A stretch of 64,000 nucleotides of DNA from a candidate division WOR-3 bacterium (GCA_030606335.1 JAUWGP010000013.1:2346-66345); one strand, 5' to 3'; positions 9,201-19,081 are shown, counted from the first letter of the stretch. Program-made: numbers and translations. The notes: generated by a model not told the origin, from the letters alone.

Positions 9201-9737
9201 CTATCGTTCCTTTTCCCTTTTTACTTTTTCCTTTTTACTTCTTACCTTTCTCTTACCTATAACCTTATCTATAAACTTTATTATTTTCTCATAATGTGTT
9301 CCCTTCCAATATATCCTTCCGCAATTGATACATTTACTGAATTCATCCTGTGTTTTAAATACATAATCTGGTACATTTCCTACTATTTCCGCTTTCTTTA
9401 CTTTAACAATAGGAAAATTACAAACAGCACATCTTGTAAATGGTTCTGGACTGAGGTTAAATACCCTAACAACTTCTTTTGTTTGTTCTAAGTGATTATC
9501 TATCTCTAATACATATATGTCTTCTCTTTTTGGAAAACCATGAGACCTCGTTAGCAGAATCCTTTCCTCTTCAAGTAATCGAGTTAATAAATCAATTCTA
9601 TTAAAGTGTCTAATGTACTCAGTATCATATCCAAGTAATCGTAGATTTCTGGCAAGTTTTCCAAGCATAAAATCTACTATAAACTTTGGCGTATCAGAAG
9701 ACATATTTGTATGTGAACCATAAAGTTGTTGTAGCAA
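9201..9737 (-). CDS. Mut7-C (DUF82) RNase-domain protein with C-terminal zinc ribbon
   Basis: N-terminal PIN-like region plus CAVCN...CINCGRIYWKGTHYEK pattern. Confidence 0.5.
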   Translation of the reverse strand: MLQQLYGSHTNMSSDTPKFIVDFMLGKLARNLRLLGYDTEYIRHFNRIDLLTRLLEEERILLTRSHGFPKREDIYVLEIDNHLEQTKEVVRVFNLSPEPFTRCAVCNFPIVKVKKAEIVGNVPDYVFKTQDEFSKCINCGRIYWKGTHYEKIIKFIDKVIGKRKVRSKKEKVKREKER

Positions 9738-9843
9738 TTATTATAACATAAGTTTTTTAAAATTGCAAGTTTTTAGTTAAGGATATCAGGATGAATTTTA
9801 ACCTTTTAGCTACTTATTTAAAGACAAAATAACTATTTTTTTC

Positions 9844-9872
9844 TTGACAATATCAATAATTTATCGTATAAT
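9844..9872 (+). promoter_or_regulatory. Sigma70-type promoter (TTGACA-17-TATAAT)
   Basis: Exact hexamers with 17-nt spacer, ~160 nt upstream of the GH130 start. Confidence 0.55.
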
Positions 9873-9950
9873 CCTTTAAACCATACTACATAGGATCTAT
9901 CTATAAGTGTGGGAGAAATATGAAGAATATAGATAGCATATAATTTTATA

Positions 9951-9992
9951 CCCTCAATTCACCAACTGTGTAGAATTGGGGTATTTTTTTAT
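9951..9992 (+). terminator. Intrinsic-terminator-like hairpin plus U-tract inside the 5' leader of the GH130 gene (candidate attenuator)
   Basis: CCCTCAATTC-loop-GAATTGGGG followed by ATTTTTTTTATTT; lies between promoter and RBS. Confidence 0.45.
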
Positions 9993-10031
9993 TTAAAAAC
10001 AATTGATATTCAAAAAGAATTAGGAGGTAGA

Positions 10032-10958
10032 ATGCTTCAAAGATTTAAACAAAACCCCATACTTGAACCAATAGAATCTCACCCCTGGGAATCTAAGATG
10101 GTCTTTAATACCGCTGCTATATATCTTGATAAAAAGGTTCATTTGTTGTACCGAGCCCGTGATGCTAACAACATTTCCACAATTGGCTATGCATCTTCTA
10201 AAGATGGGTTTCATATTGACGAAAGATTCGAAACTCCCGTACTCTCACCCCAGAGTGAAGAGGATTGTTATGGTTGTGAAGACCCACGAATAACGAAAAT
10301 AGAGGAACAGCTTCACATTACATATACAGCCTATGGTCGTATTCCCGGGATGGGTGAAAGTAAACCGCGTATTTCAATGAGACTACCACAAATTGGGCTT
10401 ACATCAATATCCATAGGGGATTTTTTGAATCACACATGGAATTTCAGCAAGAGGATATATCCACTACAGGGGGTTGAAAATAAGGATTGCGTGATATTTC
10501 CTGAGAAATTCGGGGGGAAATATGTAATCTATCACCGTGTCAGTCCATATATTTGGATATGCTACTCAGACGACCTTGTTCACTGGTACGATCATAACAT
10601 ACTAATGGGTCCACAACAAAGATGGGAGCTTTTTAAAATTGGAGCAGGTGCACCTCCTCTTAAAACAGAAAAGGGATGGCTTTTTATTTTTCACGGGGTT
10701 TCGAGTTCACTCGTATATTGCCCCAGCTTTGCTTTTATAGATTTGGAGGATCCAAGTAAGATTATATATAGACATCCCAAACCAATACTTGAGCCAGTAA
10801 TGAAATATGAAAAAGAGGGTATTGTTCCCAATGTTGTTTTTGTGGAGGGTGTTGTTATTAAAGACGAGACCGTTTTTGTCTACTATGGGGGAGCTGACAC
10901 TGTTATAGGTGTTGCAACTGCTCCACTATCTCTGTTCTTTGAGCTTGCAGGATTATAG
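10032..10958 (+). CDS. GH130-family glycoside phosphorylase/hydrolase (beta-mannoside phosphorylase-like)
   Basis: N-terminal NPIL...W motif, GCEDPRITKI, five-bladed-propeller-like repeat pattern; AGGAGG RBS. Confidence 0.8.
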   Translation: MLQRFKQNPILEPIESHPWESKMVFNTAAIYLDKKVHLLYRARDANNISTIGYASSKDGFHIDERFETPVLSPQSEEDCYGCEDPRITKIEEQLHITYTAYGRIPGMGESKPRISMRLPQIGLTSISIGDFLNHTWNFSKRIYPLQGVENKDCVIFPEKFGGKYVIYHRVSPYIWICYSDDLVHWYDHNILMGPQQRWELFKIGAGAPPLKTEKGWLFIFHGVSSSLVYCPSFAFIDLEDPSKIIYRHPKPILEPVMKYEKEGIVPNVVFVEGVVIKDETVFVYYGGADTVIGVATAPLSLFFELAGL

Positions 10959-10999
10959 AAAGTCCGCCAAAGGATCAACAAATAAAAGGAGAAGCGATT

Positions 11000-12961
11000 A
11001 TGAAACAGACGAGAGAAACCTGCTTCAAGAAGAACGGTAAACCCATCTATTTGATAGGAGCCAACTACTGGCCAAGGCAAACAGGACCTCTTATGTGGCG
11101 TAAGTGGGAGCCAAAAACCGTGAGAGAAGAGCTGAAGCAGATGAAGAGCCTTGGAATGAATGTGTGCCGTTCCTTCCTTTATTTTCCCGACTTTATGCCT
11201 ACACCAAACAGAGTAGATGAAAATATGCTTAATAGACTTGTTGAATTCGTAAATCTGTGTGAAGAAGTAGACCTCTGTACAATACCCACTCTTTTTGTTG
11301 GACATATGTCTGGAGAGGACTGGGATGTCAACTGGAGAGGAAATAGAGACTTTTATAAAGACCCTTGGATGGTAGAGAAGGAGTCTTTATATGTTCGCAA
11401 CGTTGTAGATAGTGTCAAAACGAACAAGGTAATTGTTGGGTGGGTGCTGACAAATGAAATTACAAATTACACAGGTGAAACCGATTCAGAAACCATGCTT
11501 GGTTGGGTAAAAACTATATGTAACACAATCCGTGAGAGAGATCCCTTGTGTCCAATCAGTATAGGTGATGGAGTCTGGGGGAGAGAAATCTATGGTAGAG
11601 ATAACGGGTTAAGGTTGAATGAACTAAAAGATGTGATTGACTTCTTGGGACCTCATTTTTATCCTGAAGAAGACGACACTCTCCGCCATTCATATACTCC
11701 CTCGTTTATTTTAAAGATGTGTAATTATGGGAAACCAGTAATTATAGAGGAATTCGGTTGTTCTAATAGCTTTGCATCTGAAGAGCACCAGGCAGATTAT
11801 TACCGAACAACTCTTAATAGCGCTTTCCTTGCAGGTGCAGTTGGAACGCTTTGCTGGTGTTATTCAGACTTTGATCTTCCATATCAAAGACCTTACTCAC
11901 ACCATCCATTCGAGCTGCTATTTGGAGTCATCAGGAAAGATAGTTCAGTAAAACCAGCTGGATATGAAATAGAGCGATTCAGCAAGATAATTAAAGCGAT
12001 TGACCCATTTGAAATTAATATCGAGGAAAGTAATGCTTTTATCATTGTTCCCTCCCACTATGTCCTGGATTATCCATACTCATTTGAAGATAAGGATATG
12101 ATTAAAAAGGTTTTACTACAGTCTTATACATTGACTAAACAGGCGCATATAAACGGTGGTTTTCTTCCAGAACCCCAACTTACAGAAGACATTGAATCAA
12201 AAAAGATACCGAGTATCCCAAAAGAGATAAGATTATTACTCGCACCAAATGTACAGAAACTCACTGCTCCTTTCTGGGAGGCTATCTATCGGTATGTGGA
12301 GGAAGGAGGAGTATTTTACTGCTCTTATCACTACGATATGTGGATACACATATTTGAGAGGCTATTCGGTGCAAAACACAATCTGAGGAGTGGTCTTCCA
12401 GATATACCTGAGAAAGAGTTTATTGAGATAAAGTTTGTCGAAGACTTCTACGAAATAGCCAAGAATGAACGTCTTACTTACTATGTTAGGGGAAATATTA
12501 AGGACAGGGCATTTTGCCCTATCACACCTAACAAGGCAAAGGTTATCGCTGTGGATAGTGATGGTCGACCAGCTATACTACTAAATTCAGTAGGTAAAGG
12601 TGCAGTTATTTTTTCGACTTATCCACTTGAATACTATCTTGTGAATACCAACGACGTCTATAAAAAAGATACGACATATAAATTGTATCGAAGTCTAAGC
12701 AGACTCGCGGGCATTGTGCCTGAATTTCAAACCTCAAATCCACTTGTAGAGCTGGGATATATAAGGTTTAAGGATGAATCAAGGTTTCTCTTATGGATTA
12801 TAAATCATGATTGGGAAAAGACAGAGGGTATTATTGAAACAAGCTTGAATATAAAGAGAGTTTCAAACCTTGAAAGTATGCAATCAATTAACTTCAAGGA
12901 GAGGATACCATTCGAGTTGCCAGCAAAAGAGGTGAGTGTTTATGACATCTACATTAGTTAA
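11000..12961 (+). CDS. Clan GH-A (GH5-like) glycoside hydrolase with C-terminal accessory domain; probable beta-mannanase/mannosidase-type
   Basis: Catalytic-acid-like NE (VLTNEITNY) and nucleophile-like IIEEFG motifs at TIM-barrel spacing; 653 aa. Confidence 0.5.
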   Translation: MKQTRETCFKKNGKPIYLIGANYWPRQTGPLMWRKWEPKTVREELKQMKSLGMNVCRSFLYFPDFMPTPNRVDENMLNRLVEFVNLCEEVDLCTIPTLFVGHMSGEDWDVNWRGNRDFYKDPWMVEKESLYVRNVVDSVKTNKVIVGWVLTNEITNYTGETDSETMLGWVKTICNTIRERDPLCPISIGDGVWGREIYGRDNGLRLNELKDVIDFLGPHFYPEEDDTLRHSYTPSFILKMCNYGKPVIIEEFGCSNSFASEEHQADYYRTTLNSAFLAGAVGTLCWCYSDFDLPYQRPYSHHPFELLFGVIRKDSSVKPAGYEIERFSKIIKAIDPFEINIEESNAFIIVPSHYVLDYPYSFEDKDMIKKVLLQSYTLTKQAHINGGFLPEPQLTEDIESKKIPSIPKEIRLLLAPNVQKLTAPFWEAIYRYVEEGGVFYCSYHYDMWIHIFERLFGAKHNLRSGLPDIPEKEFIEIKFVEDFYEIAKNERLTYYVRGNIKDRAFCPITPNKAKVIAVDSDGRPAILLNSVGKGAVIFSTYPLEYYLVNTNDVYKKDTTYKLYRSLSRLAGIVPEFQTSNPLVELGYIRFKDESRFLLWIINHDWEKTEGIIETSLNIKRVSNLESMQSINFKERIPFELPAKEVSVYDIYIS

Positions 12962-12964
12962 TTC

Positions 12965-13241
12965 AAAGATACTGTGAAAAATAATATGAAAGAATATGAA
13001 AGCAAAAATGTAGGGGTTCGATTTATCGAACCCACAATGTAAAGCAGAAATGTAGGGATTCGTTTTATCGAACCCGTAAAAGAAACAGGTCGGATACCCG
13101 TCTGCCGTCGGGCAGGAATCCGACCCCTACAAGAATCAGGGAGAGACAAGCTAAAAGTATATAACTGCTTTTAAAATTGTAGGTTATTCGTTAGCAAACG
13201 AATTAGAAGAAAATAGACAAAAGTTTTTTGACAATACTGAT
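12965..13241. repeat. Intergenic element, variant of the Q family: two copies of a tRNA-T-arm-like hairpin (AAATGTAGGGGTTCGATTTATCGAACCC) plus right end TTTTTTGACAATAC
   Basis: Left end (ATAATATGAAAGAATATGAAAGC) shared with 31395-31454; right-end motif shared with 33682-33713. Confidence 0.55.
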
Positions 13242-13261
13242 AAATTCCTGAGGAGGACAAA

Positions 13262-14278
13262 ATTAAAGCTGCTGTATTTTATAAACCTAACGATATAAGG
13301 ATCGAAGAAAGAGAGATTCGAGATATAAAGGATAACGAGGTGTTAGTAAGAGTCAAGGCATGTGGCGTATGCGGAACAGATATACATATCTATGAAGGAA
13401 CGGCAGATTCAAGACCACCTGTAATACTTGGTCATGAATACGCTGGTTTAGTTGAGGCTGTAGGTAATAACGTAGCCAATTTTAAATCCGGAGATAGGGT
13501 AGTAATCGACCCAAATATCATCTGTAGTCATTGCCATTACTGTCAACTTGGTCTACCCCATTTCTGTGAAAACTTAGCTGCCCTTGGTGTCCATACTGAT
13601 GGAGGCTTCGCAGGTTACTCAATTGTTCCAGAATCCCAGCTGTATAATCTCCCTTCTAACATTCCCTTTGATTGGGGATGTTTCATTGAGCCAATATCCT
13701 GCGCCATCCATGGTATCGATCTTGCTGGTATAAAGGCGGGTGATAATGTTGTAATAATCGGTACTGGTGCTATTGGTCTAATAATGATACAGCTTGTCAG
13801 ACTTCATGGTGCTGATAAGCTCATTATAGCAGAACCAACAAAAGATAGAAGAGACATTGCCTGCAGGTTAAATCCAGATATAGTAGTAGATCCCATTAAA
13901 GAAAATCTAAAGGATGTTGTGTACAGTAACACCTATGATGGAGCAGATGTAGTAATTGAGTGTGCGGGAACTCCGAAGACTACAAGAGCTACTTTTGATT
14001 TAGTCAAAAGAGGTGGTACAATAATATTCTTTGGTGTCTGTGATAGAGATTCAACTATTACTATAAGACCCCAGGAAATATATTTAAAAGAATTGACTAT
14101 AATTGGCAGTTATATCAATCCCAATACATTCAGTCGTGCCATTGATTTACTTTCTCTAAATAAAATAGATCTAACTCATTTCAGTATAAAAAAGCACTCG
14201 CTCGATGAACTGTTCAAAGCTTTCAAATACCACAAAGAGCGAAGATATCTTAAAAACGTAATTGTTCCAAATACTTAG
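13262..14278 (+). CDS. Zn-dependent MDR alcohol/polyol dehydrogenase (sorbitol/threonine-DH-like); apparent ATT start
   Basis: VRVKACGVCGTDIHIYEG, GHEYAGLVEAVG and a GxGxxG Rossmann fold; frame is open from 13244 with no ATG/GTG/TTG before conserved (M)KAAVFYKP; GAGGAGG RBS 5 nt before ATT 13262. Confidence 0.7.
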   Translation: MKAAVFYKPNDIRIEEREIRDIKDNEVLVRVKACGVCGTDIHIYEGTADSRPPVILGHEYAGLVEAVGNNVANFKSGDRVVIDPNIICSHCHYCQLGLPHFCENLAALGVHTDGGFAGYSIVPESQLYNLPSNIPFDWGCFIEPISCAIHGIDLAGIKAGDNVVIIGTGAIGLIMIQLVRLHGADKLIIAEPTKDRRDIACRLNPDIVVDPIKENLKDVVYSNTYDGADVVIECAGTPKTTRATFDLVKRGGTIIFFGVCDRDSTITIRPQEIYLKELTIIGSYINPNTFSRAIDLLSLNKIDLTHFSIKKHSLDELFKAFKYHKERRYLKNVIVPNT

Positions 14279-14293
14279 TTTCATAGCCTAATT

Positions 14294-15271
14294 ATGGAAA
14301 AGGGCATTTTGGATGTCATATGTATCGGTGAGGCTTTAATAGATTTCATTTCTACCAAAAAAGGAGTAACATTAGAATCAACTCCCGGCTTCTTGAAAGC
14401 TGCAGGTGGAGCTCCAGCTAATGTCTCTGTGGGATTAGCAAGACTGGGCAAAAGAGTCGCATTTATTGGTAAGGTAGGAGAGGATTCTTTCGGTAAATAT
14501 CTGTGGAAGACTTTAAAAGAAAACAATGTTGATGTATCAAAACTCCTTTTTGATAAAAAACATAAAACCAGACTGGCGTTTGTATCACTAACTGACAAGG
14601 GTGAGAGAGATTTTGAATTCTATGGGCATGAGAGTGCGGATACCAAAATAACTAAAGATGAAATAAACAAAATCTACTTTGACGATGCAAGGGTATTACA
14701 TTTTGGTTCTGTATCTCTTATATCAAATCCGAGTAGAGAAGCTATCTTGACCGCAGTAAAGATTGCTAAGAATAATAAAATTCTTGTTTCTTTTGACCCA
14801 AATTTTCGACCCTCTCTCTGGGAAAGCCATGATGTAGCCAGAAATCAGATAAAGGTAGCACTGAACTTAGCAGATATAGTTAAAATGGATAGGGCTGAAA
14901 TGGAATTCATTACCAGTACCACAGACCTAAAGAAGGGAAGTAAATCTATTTTAGAATATGGTGTCCGATTGTCTGTGATTACACTTGGTAAGTATGGTTG
15001 TTATTTTCTCAACGATAACATAGATGGTTATGAAGCCGGTATTAATGTAGAGGTAAAGGATACTACCGGTGCTGGTGACGGATTCGTAGCAGGAATGCTT
15101 GGTAAAATCTCAGAAGTAACATTGAAAGACCTTACAGAGAAAGAACTCCATAAGATATTCAGATTCGCCAATACAGTAGGTGCATTGACAGTCACAAAAT
15201 ACGGTGGAATACCTGGCTTACCTTACAGAGAAGAAGTCGAGTCATTTTATCACCTAAACTTTGGAGATTAA
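14294..15271 (+). CDS. PfkB-family carbohydrate kinase (fructokinase/mannokinase-like)
   Basis: DVICIGEALIDF, GGAPANVSVGLARLG and DTTGAGDGFVAGML motifs. Confidence 0.75.
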   Translation: MEKGILDVICIGEALIDFISTKKGVTLESTPGFLKAAGGAPANVSVGLARLGKRVAFIGKVGEDSFGKYLWKTLKENNVDVSKLLFDKKHKTRLAFVSLTDKGERDFEFYGHESADTKITKDEINKIYFDDARVLHFGSVSLISNPSREAILTAVKIAKNNKILVSFDPNFRPSLWESHDVARNQIKVALNLADIVKMDRAEMEFITSTTDLKKGSKSILEYGVRLSVITLGKYGCYFLNDNIDGYEAGINVEVKDTTGAGDGFVAGMLGKISEVTLKDLTEKELHKIFRFANTVGALTVTKYGGIPGLPYREEVESFYHLNFGD

Positions 15272-15272
15272 A

Positions 15273-16697
15273 ATGAAATTATTAACAATATTCTTACTTG
15301 TATTTCTCTCAGTAGTCCTATGTGAATGTAATGGATATGAGCAAGATAAAAGCCTTGATTATGAGAATTATTCTATAGATTCAATAAATAGACTAATTAA
15401 CCTCAAACATCTGGACTATCTAAACGAAGAAATACTTATAGATGGAATTCCCATGATAATCACCCATATCTACTCCGAATATCCTGATTACGACTGGGTT
15501 GATGCATCAGAAGAGGGAATAGCATGTGTTGACGATGTAAGTCGAGCAGCTGTACTCTATCTCAGACATTACGAGATGTATGGGGACAGTGTATTGTTAG
15601 AAAAGGCAAGAAGAGGGCTTAACTTTGTGATGTATATGGAGCAAGATGACGGCGAGTTCTACAACTTTATTAGAAGCGACCACTCGATAAACAAAGAGGG
15701 GAGGACTAGTAAAAAATCCTTCAATTATTGGGCTGTAAGGGGACTACGAACGTTATGCTATGGTTACAAGGTCTTCAGTAAAATTGATACTTCCTATGCA
15801 AAGAAACTGAAGGAACATATTGAACCCACATTTGAACGAATAGAAGAATTTTTAGAGTATTATGGTAAATACGAATTTGTTGAGGGGGTGAAGGTTCCAA
15901 AATGGCTTATTCGTGGTGGTGATGCAACATCTGAAGTTGTTTTAGCCCTGCTGGATTACTATAGTATGAATCCTGATGATGAAGTAAAAGAAATAATCGA
16001 AAAACTCGTTGATGGCTTGATTGATCTCCAGATACACGACCCAAATAGCCCATTTTATGGCATGCACCTATCCTGGAGAAACCACTGGCATGCATGGGGA
16101 AACACCCAGACAGAGGCACTTGCCAAAGCTGGTAGAATTTGTAATAATAAATCCTGTGTTGAATCTGCAAAATTAGAGGCAGATAATTTTTATCTGTTCC
16201 TGATATCAAGAAATTTTCTTCAAGGTATTGAAATCTTCTCAACAGAGGAGCCAAGGATAAAGGATTTCCCTCAAATTTCGTATGGAATTCGTCCCATGGT
16301 CTCAGGACTCATCCAACTTTATATTACAACAAAGGAGGAGAAATATGCGAAGTTGGCAGGACTTGTTGCATCCTGGCTCAGAGGAAATAATCCTGCTCGT
16401 TATGCTATGTATGATTCGAAAACTGGTAGAGGATACGATGGTATCGATAACAAAGACAAAGTAAATAAAAACTCAGGAGCAGAATCGACTATAGAGGCAT
16501 TGATGACTTTAATGGACATTTCAGAGAATCCCATATCTTTGAAGTACTTTTATTACGATCTCGAGTCCATAGATGAAATAAAAAAGTATGCTTTTTATAG
16601 AGATTGCAGTGACAAAGAAATTAATGTGGTCTATGATGAAAAGATGGGAAGATGGAGGATAGAAGAGTCAGAAGAGAACGAAAAAAATATCAGGTGA
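15273..16697 (+). CDS. Secreted hypothetical protein, possibly an (alpha/alpha)-barrel glycoside-hydrolase-like enzyme
   Basis: Signal peptide MKLLTIFLLVFLSVVLC; W/Y/G-rich; start set at ATG 15273 after GGAG; no family recognised. Confidence 0.4.
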   Translation: MKLLTIFLLVFLSVVLCECNGYEQDKSLDYENYSIDSINRLINLKHLDYLNEEILIDGIPMIITHIYSEYPDYDWVDASEEGIACVDDVSRAAVLYLRHYEMYGDSVLLEKARRGLNFVMYMEQDDGEFYNFIRSDHSINKEGRTSKKSFNYWAVRGLRTLCYGYKVFSKIDTSYAKKLKEHIEPTFERIEEFLEYYGKYEFVEGVKVPKWLIRGGDATSEVVLALLDYYSMNPDDEVKEIIEKLVDGLIDLQIHDPNSPFYGMHLSWRNHWHAWGNTQTEALAKAGRICNNKSCVESAKLEADNFYLFLISRNFLQGIEIFSTEEPRIKDFPQISYGIRPMVSGLIQLYITTKEEKYAKLAGLVASWLRGNNPARYAMYDSKTGRGYDGIDNKDKVNKNSGAESTIEALMTLMDISENPISLKYFYYDLESIDEIKKYAFYRDCSDKEINVVYDEKMGRWRIEESEENEKNIR

Positions 16698-16763
16698 AGA
16701 AGAAGGTTCCTTCTATGTTGATTTAAGACAAGTATGTTAACAAATAAAAGTAGTCTTAAAAAC

Positions 16764-16792
16764 TTGACAAGCATGCGAAAGTGTGCTATAAT
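16764..16792 (+). promoter_or_regulatory. Sigma70-type promoter (TTGACA-17-TATAAT) followed by ~200-nt leader
   Basis: Exact hexamers, 17-nt spacer. Confidence 0.5.
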
Positions 16793-17010
16793 GCACAAAA
16801 TATAATAAATATGAAATCCAATGTAGTAGAAATACTCTCTCAAGGAATCTCTCTATTTAATATAGGGTAAGAATTTATGAAAATAGTAAGGGACTAGCAG
16901 TTCCAAGAAGTTAAATTGAACAACAGGACGCTTTGGGAGATAATGTATGAGAGAGTAAGCCAGCTTGTAGAAGGCATAATCAATAAGAATCAGATAAAAT
17001 GGAGGGATGT

Positions 17011-18042
17011 ATGGAAAAAATTGCTATGATGGCAGCCTGGAATACCGATTCTGGCGTAGCTATTCATGCTGAGCCTATTGGTAAGTTATGGATAAATATG
17101 GGATATGAGCTAAAGGTATTCACCTTCCTTAAAAATGATTTCCATGGTGAAGAGATTACCAGCGAAGATGAGGATTATGTTATTCGATGCTTTGGAATCT
17201 CTACAGGGACTAATTTCCTTGATCCTCGACCAATAATAACTGCAGACTATGATTTCTTCGTTATCGAGGATCTGGGAATGCTTCCAAAAGAGAAACTGTC
17301 CCCAATATTCCCAATTATTAAGAGAAAAGCTAAGACCATACATATAGTTCACGATACTGCTCCATCGTCTGAGCCTGCATTCTATAATTTCGATTGGGAT
17401 GCGGTTATATATTTTGATACTCGTCAGGAGAAGTTCTTGAAGTCAATTTACGGAGATATAGCTCACTATATACCATTTCCCTGCTTTCCTTTAAGGAGAG
17501 GTAACAAAGCTGAAGCAAGGAAAAAGCTTGGGTTACCTCTGAAGCAAAAAATTGTCATCGTCTTCTGCCGTAGAGGTTATCTTCCTTATCTGCCTGAACT
17601 AGCCGCTCCTGATCTCAAAGATGTTCTGTTCTTAATCTTGACTAATAGGGATATTAATGAGAGATATGCTCAGACCGAGATTAGAAAGGAAGAGTTTTTC
17701 TCACATTCCCTATTTGACGATTACCTATTTGCAGCAGATGCAATAATGCTCCATAAGATATCCGCATCACCTCAGGAGATAGGCATATTGTCCAGCACTA
17801 TCTTCCAATGCCTTGGAGCAGGTTGCCCTATCCTGGCGCCAAGGATATCAGATTTTATCTGGCCCTTTCAAAAGGAGATACTCAGGTACAGCGATCGTAA
17901 TGAGCTGAGAACTGAACTCTTGAATGTCTTCAATAAGGGAAAGAAGTATAAGGATACTAAAACATCTGCCAAGAAGTTTGTAAGCAAACGATCGCCAGAA
18001 CGTATAGCCAAGCAATTCATAGATCTATTTCATTCACTTTAA
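17011..18042 (+). CDS. GT-B-fold (GT4-like) glycosyltransferase-like protein
   Basis: N-terminal KIAMMAAWNTDSGVAIHAEPI and C-terminal STIFQCLGAGCPILAPRISD resemble GT4 donor/acceptor-domain motifs; weak. Confidence 0.35.
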   Translation: MEKIAMMAAWNTDSGVAIHAEPIGKLWINMGYELKVFTFLKNDFHGEEITSEDEDYVIRCFGISTGTNFLDPRPIITADYDFFVIEDLGMLPKEKLSPIFPIIKRKAKTIHIVHDTAPSSEPAFYNFDWDAVIYFDTRQEKFLKSIYGDIAHYIPFPCFPLRRGNKAEARKKLGLPLKQKIVIVFCRRGYLPYLPELAAPDLKDVLFLILTNRDINERYAQTEIRKEEFFSHSLFDDYLFAADAIMLHKISASPQEIGILSSTIFQCLGAGCPILAPRISDFIWPFQKEILRYSDRNELRTELLNVFNKGKKYKDTKTSAKKFVSKRSPERIAKQFIDLFHSL

Positions 18043-18053
18043 AGGAGTAAGGT

Positions 18054-19076
18054 ATGCCCAAAACATCTTCAATAGATAAAAGATTGTGGGAAAAGGCTGG
18101 TAAGGCAATTGGAACACTCAGTGGACGCAGAGAAAATAAAGTCAAAGATATTTTCACAAGAAGGTATCTTATAAGTCCAGAAGACTTATTTGTGGAAGAC
18201 TACTTAAGATCGAAGCCAGTTGCTGCATTTAATCCGGGAGCTCTTGAGAGAGATGGAGAGCTTCTCATCTTTCCCCGGCTCGTCTTTGATTACCGTCAAT
18301 ATTCTTCAAGTGTGGGCGTAATTTCAATGAATATCAAGAAGGTGATTGAGGGCGAGGTAGAGAAACCATTGAAAACGAGGATTATTCTTTGGCCCAAGGA
18401 GCCCTGGGAATTCAGTCGTGGCTGTGAGGATCCGCGTGTCTGTCTTTTTAATAATAGCATTTATATGCTTTATACAGCTGCTGGGAAAATAGGCAGACAG
18501 GCATTTGCTGAATTGAATTCATCTTTTGAAGTCAAAAGAAGGGGTTATTTTTGCATTGGGAAGGAAAAGTTCGCTCCTTCCTGTAAGGATAGCGCATTCG
18601 TCAAGTTCTCTAACGGGAAGGCTGTTATGTTAACCAGGCCAGATTTTCGTAGCATAGCAATATGTTGGAGTGCGAAGGCTGACCTAAAGGATCTAACAAT
18701 AGATGAACAGACCTTGAAACCAGTGATATCCCATGAGAAATGGGAATATAAGGTGGGCTGGTCCACGAATGTCGTTAATCTGTCCGAAAATAAGTACTTG
18801 GTGGGTTGGCATGCGGTGCTAAAGGAGGACGACTCCTACAGGAACGGGTTAGCAGTTGTGGATGATAATGCGGAGCTACTCGGTATAAGTAACTATCTTC
18901 TATCCCCTCAAGGATTAAACGAGAGCTATGGGGATAGAACCTTGGTTATTTTCGGTGACGGGCTGGTAAAATATGGGAAATACTTGATCTGGATTGGCGG
19001 GGTGAGCGATTATGCTATCGGGATATTCATCACTGAGATAGATGAAGCATTAGAAAACATTAGATGGATAAAATAA
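18054..19076 (+). CDS. Divergent GH130-family protein
   Basis: GCEDPRVCLFNNSIYMLYTA motif and propeller-like repeat pattern. Confidence 0.5.
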   Translation: MPKTSSIDKRLWEKAGKAIGTLSGRRENKVKDIFTRRYLISPEDLFVEDYLRSKPVAAFNPGALERDGELLIFPRLVFDYRQYSSSVGVISMNIKKVIEGEVEKPLKTRIILWPKEPWEFSRGCEDPRVCLFNNSIYMLYTAAGKIGRQAFAELNSSFEVKRRGYFCIGKEKFAPSCKDSAFVKFSNGKAVMLTRPDFRSIAICWSAKADLKDLTIDEQTLKPVISHEKWEYKVGWSTNVVNLSENKYLVGWHAVLKEDDSYRNGLAVVDDNAELLGISNYLLSPQGLNESYGDRTLVIFGDGLVKYGKYLIWIGGVSDYAIGIFITEIDEALENIRWIK

Positions 19077-19081
19077 TCACT

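Noticed and set aside
13010-13077. tRNA-like GGGGTTCGATTTATCGAACCC hairpins (T-arm-like GGTTCGA)
   Set aside because: Only an 8-9 bp stem with a 4-nt loop, repeated twice; no acceptor, D or anticodon arms can be formed. Part of the intergenic repeat family, not a tRNA gene.
12958-13149. 63-aa minus-strand ORF
   Set aside because: Lies entirely within the hairpin-repeat element; the frame stays open by chance across palindromic sequence.
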